Below, one piece after another: positions 54,581-64,000 of a stretch of 64,000 nt of DNA. The notes below the pieces were generated by a model. That model saw only the letters and a program-made list of their open reading frames with translations, ran no database searches and was not told where the DNA came from. The first letter of the stretch is position 1; each line of letters begins with the position of its first letter. Source of the stretch: Botryllus schlosseri (Eukaryota); the NCBI GenBank assembly GCA_051294905.1, contig CM119371.1, forward strand, positions 24,740,001-24,804,000, read 5' to 3'. Both the position numbers and the translations under genes were made by a program.

Positions 54581-55403
54581 ATGAACTGAAAAGTGTAACA
54601 TATTTTTCAAAGGCAATGAACCTGAATTGTAGAATTCGTTATTTCTAATTATTTCAACTAATCATAATACAAGTGAACCACTGTCAAGATTTCAATCATT
54701 AGATCATTTTCAATGAGGAGTTGACTAGCGACAAATGTATGAATTCATTGCGCTTCGTAAATAATGTCAGTATGCAGTAAAGCAAGGGTATGCAACTTAC
54801 ATATGTACTCATAGATTTACAATAACTTGAACTATAGAGTATGACTGGAGTGACGACTCGATTGTTCTCCCATTGTTAGCCGGCAGAATGGTCACGGTCA
54901 GATGGATGCACCCAAAACAAGATCGCTCAGTGCTTGTTTCAATGGCGTTCAAGGCGATTCGTCGTGTATTTCTTGAAATTGCGTCGGAATTAGTTATAGA
55001 AAGTTCAACATTTAGGTAGCGGTGGCGAGTCGTTATGACTAGTGAATAATACTGTGTAGCCTATGTTACATTTCTCACGAGATTGATGTGATATTGTGGC
55101 TTCGATCCTTTGTAGAGTTTGCTACGTATATGAATATAATGACGGAAGATACAGAATATCTGGTTCGTGTGCATTGGCTATTGTGAGATGAATTCATGGA
55201 AAGAAAGACTGAAGAATACTACAAAGTGAACAAGTGGAAAGATCTTGAACCATACCGATATGCAATTCACAATATCGTTGATTGAAAATATGTCCTATAT
55301 TAACTGCAGAAACTCGAGTATGAATATAACAAATAATATTGTAACTGTCTTGTAGTCTTATATAATGCCTGTCCGATAACCGCAGAAACTTGAGTATGAG
55401 TAG

Positions 55404-56329
55404 CAGGACCGTAACTGCCGCACCCCAAACCCCCCAATTGCGCAGGGCCCGAGCTCGAAGGGGGCCCAAAATTATTTCGCGAATTAGCATAAATTATGGA
55501 GTATTTTTCAAAAAATTTTCGCGCTGCGTGCGATTTCAAGTTGCCAACTTTCTTAGGTATTTGGTAGCCTACTCTTCCCAAGACAAAATACGCAGGATTT
55601 ATCGAAATGGACATATCGGCGAGACATTTAAAGTTTTAGAACATGTAACATGCGACTCCAAGAAGTGCGCCAGAACGATCGGCAGCGAGAAAACCTCGGC
55701 CAAAAAGGACTGCCCGCTTACGCTGGCCGAAAACTTCGTTATATATGCAAAATGCATATAGGTTTAATTGTCCATAGGCGCCTAAATGACTCGCGCCGAA
55801 TGTTCCTGTCTTGACAATCTGAACCTCAGAAGACAAATACCATTCCGCAGGGAAAAATTGTACGCCCGTAAAGAAATACCAATTCGAAATCGTGTGCGTC
55901 GTTAGTCTAGTACATTTGGGCGATTCTGTATTTTTTGATGTAACAGACTGGAGATCACGAAATGACATCATGAAACGAAGTCATACCAACGGGGCCGCCC
56001 GCCCGGATATGTTTAATCATTATTTACGGGCCCTACAGTTTCCAAGCCACCTCATTCAGCTCTACCGGTAAATCTGACAACGTGAACAGAGAGAACAAGA
56101 AATTGATAGCAATATAGGCCTATATGCAATTCCCAATATTATTGACCGATTTTATCATGAATTATCGAATATTTTCGCGCTTCGGGTAGACTCACCAAAC
56201 TGTGGCCCTTATTTCGTAACAAAAGCGAACAACGTGATGGGGGGAGGGCGGTTTATCACCCTATGGGGGGCCCATGACCAACGTTTTTTTTTGGGGGGGG
56301 GGGGCTGACGAAGTGCTGTTACGGCCCTG
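55404..56329 (-). mobile_element. Family B hAT-type element nested in the long-TIR element
   Basis: CAGGACCGTAAC / GTTACGGCCCTG; TSD atgagtag/atgactag; reverse-complement similarity to 19060-19964. Confidence 0.92.
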
Positions 56330-56591
56330 ATGACTAGAACAAGAGAATTGTGTAATGGTAATGTTCTGCTTGAGCTCGACTCACAATAGCCAGAGCTTAC
56401 TCCTTGAAAGTGTTCAAAATCGCACTTGAAGGGAACTCGTTGTCATTGCCAAGAACACAGGAAGACGTCTGCCGGTCGACATTAGTAGTAAGCCAATGCA
56501 CCACGTCAAGGTTTCGACCAACGCATTGGTTTCCTTTTTTAGGTAGAGAACCTCAATGTGGATAGGCAGCACTTGCCACAGAGAGAAAAAA

Positions 56592-57651
56592 CTACCATAC
56601 TAAAAGAGCATATTGTTCATTTTTTTTCAAGCCATCTCGCAAACTTTTGGGAAATATGTAGGACTTTTTTAGCTTCTCATGCAATGCAAACTTTGCAAAA
56701 TTGTGAGACAAGATGTTATTCAAGTGTCTCATTGCCTTGTCCATGACATCCTCAACCTCATTTAGGTCTGAGCCAGATTGAAGTGACACAGTATGAATTA
56801 ATTTGTTATAGAATGGATCACAGTGAATTGCGTCAAGTAGCCTACCCTGAAAAAATTGATCTTTTTCAGGGGTTTTGCCATTTCTTTACTGTGGATAACA
56901 TAAAAGCGGAGAACCATGCAATGAAACTGTTCAGACGGGCTCTTCAATCCACCGACATTCTTCTGCATCACTTTAATGAGGTTTCCCGATGGCGCTGCAG
57001 ATGTTAGGCATGTGGCAATTGCTTCGTTAGCTTGCTTAGAAATGGCTCCCAAAAGCACTCCACCAATATATTCAAGTATGTCTAAAAACATGTCTAAGTT
57101 TTTCCATGGAAAGGCAAAGTAGCAAAGGCTATTTACTTACCAGATTCCTTGCTGTTGACTCCTCCAATCTCTGCGATTGGATCCTGTTCTTTACCGCACA
57201 CGAGAGAATCAAACATCTTCAAAAGTAATACTGAAGCTGGTAATTGCGGCAAACCCAGCAACTTGTTAGCTTGGTGACAGATATTAGAATAATGTTGATA
57301 AAATCCGTCAACACCAAGTTTGCAATATTCAGAATGGAGTTGTTTCACCAATGCAACAGCTTTGGTCACGTCTAGTTCCTCGAATGATGGGGCGCATTCA
57401 AAGTATTTTTTGCTATTTACACAAGCCCTCTTCAAAACAGCAATTACAGCATCCTCAGATATATCCCAAGTACTGGTGGGAACTTTATGATTTTTGTAAT
57501 GTTTTTTCAGAGCTTTCACAGTCGGAAAGGATGCTTCGTATTCCTCACAAAGCACACCTTTCCAGTTATCGAGTCCTTCGAAACATTCTTCAATTTCCAT
57601 TTCAGTTAGTCCCTCCCAGTCATCCCAAAGTGATGCAGCTGAATCAGTCAT
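56592..57651 (-). CDS. Two-exon transposon-borne gene (~330 aa, one frameshift): degenerate C2H2 finger plus P-transposase-like C-terminal region
   Basis: Exon 1 is 57651-57141 (ATG start); a 59-nt intron gtaagt...tttttag (57140-57082) preserves phase (ES-D-ILEYIGG); exon 2 starts at 57081 with one frameshift at ~56850-56890. Motifs: CEEY-x12-HYKNH, LEYIGGVL, GGLKSPS, KSLRDGLKK. Confidence 0.68.
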
Positions 57652-58389
57652 GACACCGATTTTTATCCGTGACGAAATATGATCTAAATCTGGCGAAAAA
57701 TATAACAGAGGCTACACGGTATTATTCACTAGTCATAACGACTCGCCACCGCTACCTAAATGTTGAACTGTCTAACTAATACCCACGCAACTTCAAGAAA
57801 TAGACGAAGAATCGCCTTGAACGCCATTGAAACAAGCACTGAGCTATCCTGTTTTGGGTGCATCCATCTGACCGTGACCATTCTGCCGGCTAACAATGGG
57901 AGAACAATCGAGTCGTCACTCCAGTCATACTCTATACTTGAACTTCGCAAAATTGTAATTTGTCACATTCGTAGCGTCCGCGGTTTATGTTATTTAAAAT
58001 GCTGGTAATGTGTTTATGCAGGCCACAGTTCTAACGACAATTTGTATTTATGCTCTAGTTTCAAGGCATGTCAAGGCTGATGTCACGCAAATTAAAACAC
58101 ATGCTTCAAGTCGAGTCACTTCCAATTGTCTGATTTTGACTGAATTTCCTGTCACCAAATATTGATTTCTGTCTTTTGATGTAATATTATACGAAGGATT
58201 AAACACATATACGGATAGATCCCGACAAACCTTTCATTTCCCTACAACCAAGACTAAAGTAGTTGAAGGTTAATCATGTAGGTCGCAATAATTCTTTTAA
58301 CTTACTATACTCCATGCTGTCAATACCACGGTATTATAATTCAATGTAAGCGATGTTTATTGACTAAAATGCTGCATGAAGGATGTAGA

Positions 58390-58910
58390 CAATTCCTAAA
58401 ATATCTATGTAGAGTAGAAATAAGTATTCAGTCGTTACGGACTTGTTCGGCGTTAATACCGTCGAAATGGGCATCATTCATTTATTACCAGGAAATAACA
58501 TTTTATTCCATAAACTTCCAGATGAGCATGGGATATTTCTTATTTTGGAATTATTTGCACTCTTACCTACCAAACGCATGGTGGTCCACAGTTTCGGTTT
58601 ACGATCTACTTCCGAAACAGTCAGTATTGAGTGCCTTGTCATTCCAAAGCTAATGCACACTTTATTGCTGCACGTAAAAAAGATTTACTATGGCGGTCTC
58701 AAATGTAGCCCAAGTGGAATTCAGGCATGTATGAGGCAAATATGTTCACATACGCGCGGAGCGTCCGGTATAGTTTCACAAAGCAAAAAACATCATGAGA
58801 CATGTCCTACAGATTCCGGGTTACGTTCGATAAGGCATGACACAAAAGATCACATTACTGGGCACTGTGTATATTCTTCGGAAGGCCTTGAATGCACCAC
58901 TGGACTAAAA
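58390..58910 (+). mobile_element. Highly degraded 3' end of an RLE-type (R4/Dong-like) non-LTR retrotransposon
   Basis: One frame reads KNIMRHVLQIPGYVR*GMTQKITLLGTVYILRKAL, matching the QKxxLLGTxxILRKxL terminus of R4-like ORFs; GASGIVSQ lies upstream; (taa)n at ~59175. Confidence 0.6.
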
Positions 58911-60514
58911 TAACACTTGTGAAGCACAGCAGAATTTCTGTTATTTCGATTTTTCATTTTCAAACATCTCTACCGCTCTCTGTAACCCTTGCCAATTCTT
59001 CATATACTGCAATTCTGTAATCTGACTTCTCGATGTATTGCATAGGAATAACAATTTGACTGTATTACTGAAATTGTGAAAAATACCCCAATCTCGCCAT
59101 TTTCCTCTGGATGCAGGTTGCTCCTGAATTATATGTGTGTATTGACCAGTTTCTTACTGTCAATAAAGAAAAGTAATAATAATAACACATGAACCATACA
59201 AAATCGCTTTTCCTGCTTCCCGTACTGAAATTGTCGATAGGGACTTATGCTCCGATACAGATCGTAATAGAACTGGAAATGCAGTAACGGACTTCACCTC
59301 TACACTCTCACGTGACGACCTTTTCTTGGTTGATGGATTATTCGTAACAATTCGTAAATAATGATTTCTGTCGCAATTCTGTTACAATTTCACTCATTCA
59401 ATTATTGGGCGCTATCCAGAAAATAGCTTCTACTTTTTAGGATCAAAATTCTATTAAGTAATCAGTTCTGCATGGAGTGGCATACATATCCGGCAGTATT
59501 ATGATACAATAATCGTGACTTTAAAAAATCCAACATGAGTATTTTAGCGGTAACAAAGTAAATGATCCCAGCTAACCTACATATCATCCTAAATAATATA
59601 GTAATTCAGATACAAAACTATAACGTAGAGCTATGGGGACATTGCGAAGGGCGATAACTACGTCACAGAAATGACATGCATGAATATTCGTAGACTTGTG
59701 CATCATGTGTTTCGATGCAGAGTTACTGTAAACCGAGATTTCGAGGCCCATACAGAGGAAATGAACCGGGATTACTCAACTGTTTAGCATACGGCAGTAA
59801 CAAAATTTTAAGATTTGCTCAGGTCCGTTTTACCTATCACGAAAAACAAATATAATTTGGTGTAACGATATACAGAATTCCTCTCTTAATCTCCGATAGC
59901 GACGAATTGAAATGTAGATGAAAGCGTCACGACAGCCTGTGTCCATTGTTCTTGTATTTACACTCGTGTCACCATTCCTTAAATAGGAGGCGTGTAAATA
60001 GTCATAGTCGTATTTCGCGAAACTTCAAATATTGAGGGCAGTGCATATGCGCTATGGATATACGTATAATATAGATGTAGGTAAACCTATACTGTATATC
60101 GTAGAGATACGAACATATGATAGCAATCAGTTACGAAATAATTATTTTTGTGCAGTACCTGCACTGTGTTATATAAACCCAGTTTGTCAATGGACATTGA
60201 GTCATGCTAGCTGTTGTGTGTCGTGTTTAATCGGTACGTAATCTCTAGTCGATAAATTATCCAAGAGAGACAGCATTTCAATGGTAGTTTAGTTCTATAG
60301 TGTAATTATCATGGTCAAATTAAAATACGAAACCGTATCATCGCAGTGAAAATTTCTCCCAGAAACGATTCGGTTTTAATCATGCTTTGTAGCTATTCAG
60401 CATATCATTATTGGAAGTATCTTCTGTTATGTCTATTTACTTGAGTTAAAGCAATATGTGTTGAATAGCATGTTGACCTGACATCCCTACTGTAATTAGG
60501 AATACACCAGACGC

Positions 60515-61805
60515 CAGTTTTGGGATCAAGTCACTACCTTCGAGTCACGAGTCATCTCGAGTCATTTGCACATTTTTACTCGAGTCAAGTCAAGTCAATC
60601 GGTTTTCGAAGGTGAATCGAGTCAAGTCAAGTCACTCGTTTTATTGGAGGTGACTCGAGTCCAGTCAAGACAAGTCAAGTCATGTCAAGTCACGAGTCAA
60701 GTCACGATTCAAGTCAAATTGAATTTTAGAAGTATGAGTAATCAAATCATTCAAAGTCATTTTATTTTGGTAGCTGTGTTGAAGAGAGAGTAATTGACCA
60801 TTTATCTTGTATCAAATAACGAATATGAAGTTACATGTACATGCAAAAAGACGTCGCATCGCTCACGCACACATTGAACTGCAAATAAAATACGTCAGAA
60901 ACAGTATATAGCTACATCAAGGGTGTCAAATATACGTCCTGCCAAATGATTTCATCCGGCCCGCGAAGCAATTCTGAGCATATACTGAAAAATGCGTGTA
61001 TTTTATCGAGCACATTTCTCGAATTTGCAGTAAGAAATACCACTGATAAATATTCCTTCAGGGTAGCAAATATCGAGTATGTTCATAAGCAACATTATAA
61101 CCACCCGAAAGCGGTGTTGTTATTTTTAGTCATCGTCCGGCGCAAATCGCTGACATTATTGATTCAAGACGAGTTGGTAATATTTTGGAATCATTTGAAT
61201 GGTGCGGCCGGCGAGTGATCTGAATATTGGAATCCGGCCCGCGACGTCAGTTGAGGTTGACAATTAGCTACATGCTATATTCTCTTACTATCGTCCAAAA
61301 TAGAGGATCGAATACGAAGTCTCGAAAAGTTGAAACAAATTGATATTACCAACCATCTACACACTCGTGAAAATATATATACTCACAAACTAGATTCGTT
61401 CGATTTAAATCATACAAGAAGGTTTGTTAGGGTGAGGGTTGTGCAATTTCAGACAGAGCCGCCCAATAAACAGCGATACGGCGCTATTAGAATAATCTAC
61501 GTTCAGTTTATTTTTGATGTAACAATGAAGGATCAGCGAAACGTGCCATCTCTGAATGACTGATTGCTCTCACAAGTGACATCGGCGTATCGTGAATAAT
61601 CCGAACGTGTACAAGATACAATTATATAATCGACTCCGTTTACTTGATGACTTGAAATTGACCAGTAAATATTGCTTCGAATCACGAGTCAATCCACATT
61701 TTTGAAGCACCGAGTCAAGTCAAGTCAAGTCCTTTTTGCAAAGTGACTCGAGTCAAGTCAATTCATACGAAAAAGTCATGACTGACTCGAGTCATCCCAC
61801 CACTG
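60515..61805 (-). mobile_element. hAT-type MITE, inverted paralogue of 11755-12657, with a nested MITE
   Basis: CAGTTTTGGGAT / ATCCCACCACTG; perfect TSD ccagacgc; gagtcaagtc repeats; insert 60918-61265 is flanked by agctacat. Confidence 0.92.
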
Positions 61806-62257
61806 CCAGACGCGTAGTTACTGATGCAGGCGATATAATTTTCTATAGAAAGATGATCCGGAAATTGTGAAGTGATTTCAAAATGAAAATGAGCCCGACA
61901 ATAATTGACCTACGCACTTGTTTCCTCCTCTTGCTATAGTGGGTAGTAAAGATCCTTTGGGACAAGGCTCTTACCTGACCCTTTCTGTATCACGAAATTA
62001 TTCGTCCCTGCTCACGTAATGAATGTGCTGCATTAGGGACAATGAAAAGCATTATCAAACTTAAACATATAACTTATTCGAGTTAATGCGGATCCCGCCT
62101 CAGGAATATGTAGAGTTATTGTTCTGCTATATAATCGGATGTCCTTTTTACGCCATCTCCTGCACAAAGCCATACCGCCCCCAGAGCCCAGCGCCTCCCC
62201 CCCATTTCGCACCCTGAGCGTTTCCGCCCCTTCAAAATCCAAATCGCCCCTTGGCGC

Positions 62258-62705
62258 TGATGTGGTCTCAAAATGAAGGTAAAAACGAATAAAAATTTTT
62301 GGCCGCAGCCATTTCCTTCAGAACGCCACCGTAATGGAGCTGCAATTTATTGAAATTTTCACAAGACCAGCTGCCGCGGCTGCTCAACCCGTTACATGGC
62401 ACGATGTCTTCATCGTCGCACTTGCTCGACGCGATATGGCAGTCACTCAGAGAACGAACTTTAGACACATTGCCTTCATAACATCGGCTGACAACTATCT
62501 AAAATTCGTTCTCTGCGTGACTGCCTAATCGCGTCGAGCAAGTGCGACGGTGACGGTATCGTGCCATGTAACGGGTTAAGCAGCCGCGGCAACTGGTCTT
62601 GTAGAAATTTCAATAAATTGCAGCTCGATTACGGTGGCGTTCTGAAGGGAATGGCCGCGACCCAAAATTTTGGTACGTTTTTACCTTCAATTTGAGACCA
62701 CATCA
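62258..62705. repeat. Near-palindromic foldback element (178-bp arms, ~92-bp spacer)
   Basis: 62258-62435 is the reverse complement of 62528-62705 with scattered mismatches; no direct TSD was recognised. Confidence 0.88.
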
Positions 62706-62902
62706 ATTTTAGAGCGCAGTGCCCCTTTAAGGTGTTCAGTATGATGTAATCATGAAACTTGTTATATCCATAAGTGTCAAAAAAATTTCAAATTCTTTCG
62801 CGGCTATTTTATTATGTTCAATGGCAAGCATTTCCAAGTGGAAGGCCATCCATCGGCATGACCTACATTGGAACATGAATAATAATACTGTTTACTTTAG
62901 GC

Positions 62903-63000
62903 CAGGGTTTGGCAAACTTTTCAGTCTGAGTGCCGCATTCAACATCCGAGTCCGTTCTGGGGCCGCACGATAGTGAAATTCGGATAAGCGAAAACTGATC
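62903..63000. mobile_element. Left end of the 1451-family hAT-type element
   Basis: CAGGGTTTGGCAAACTTTT...GCCGCATTCAACATC..GGGCCGCAC matches 1451-1517; right end not found. Confidence 0.7.
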
Positions 63001-64000
63001 ATTTATATGTTCATATAGTAAACAATAAACATATGTTTACGACACATAAAATACTGATTTAATGATAACGCACACGCGTTAGCAACCATGACATGAAGAA
63101 ATCTACGTGTCATCCGGAAAAACACACTAATCAGAGGAATGAAAGTCAAGCATGCCGATTTTTAGAACTGGGTGCAAATGTAGATGCAGCAGATGCAGAA
63201 CGCACAATGCCGACAGAATCATAATTACGGTACCATTAAATACGCTTCAGCTTACTGTGCTACTGGGTAAAACTTGCCTTCCATATATTCGTTCTGAGAT
63301 ATCAACCAAATTTATTGTTTTCTCGAAAATTTTATAATTCGTTTGCCTTTAGATTTAATATATAGGCCCATCAGTCATACTTATTAAATGAACTCCGCAG
63401 CCGAAACGAAAATACTTTTTAGTCGATTCTTTAATACCAAAGAAGCATCCATATGCAACTTTTCGTTTTTTGTATTGAATGAGTTGTAACTAAAGTTTGT
63501 GTTGGTTTTTGTGGTATTCATGGTATTTGCCGACTGCTGTCGTCATTTACACCAGACCAATAAACTGCATTATTTTCCGTAACCGCCGACTCATAGCACG
63601 GCCCACCGCAAGGCTTTTGTAAGACACCACTTTTGCGGATGTTGCGGCGAGGAGGACCCCCAAAGTCTGTGAACGAGTTTAGACCTAACTGCACATTTAT
63701 ATGAAGCCCGCCGAATAGGTGTTTCCAAGTACAGCGCCGATAGCAATAAATTTGTTGGAGTTGACAATCCAAAATTCCACGCACATTATCCGAATTAGGT
63801 CATTTCGGTTTTGATTTTCTGGGATGTTTAGCAACCAAAACCTTTCAAAATTCGTAGGCCCCGAGTTTGGAGCAAGACTATTGCCTATAACTGTCATTCA
63901 AACGATCAAGCTTCATTTATGGTGGGTCCATGAAGTTAGTTGTTCATTGATGCAATAAAAATTTATTGCTTCGGTTACTATAAATCAGTGGTCCTAAACT

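Larger units (their letters stand above)
54833..57936. mobile_element. Long-TIR DNA transposon, P-superfamily-like
   Basis: ~240-bp TIRs (54833-~55072, ~57697-57936) starting TATAGAG; perfect 7-bp TSD cttgaac; contains a spliced minus-strand gene. Confidence 0.88.

Noticed and set aside
57756..58008. Overlapping ORFs on both strands
   Set aside because: They lie in the right TIR of the long-TIR element; the left TIR copy diverges in the same frames and no domain is evident.

Overview
This is eukaryotic DNA, probably from an invertebrate animal (inferred from the AT-rich sequence, GT-AG introns and transposon spectrum). There is no prokaryotic operon, rRNA, CRISPR array or complete cellular gene. 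Most of the window is transposon-derived. It holds more than 20 hAT-type non-autonomous elements and transposase relics, many with 8-bp target-site duplications (TSDs) and nested up to three deep. It also holds a Gypsy gag-protease relic, 3' fragments of three kinds of LINE, and two P-superfamily-like elements with ~230-240 bp terminal inverted repeats (TIRs) and 7-bp TSDs. Under the insertions lies a tandemly duplicated host module of ~2.2 kb on the + strand. It carries three intact 168-bp phase-0 exons with leucine-rich-repeat (LRR)-like translations, plus decayed relatives, resembling the LRR region of an NLR-like gene. The most interesting items are (1) this exon array, (2) a spliced, nearly intact C2H2-finger gene inside the second long-TIR element, lacking a visible catalytic core, and (3) a recent inversion with both flanks duplicated, which can be reconstructed from a paralogous unit. 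All alignments and family assignments were made by eye, and most short ORFs in the supplied track look spurious.
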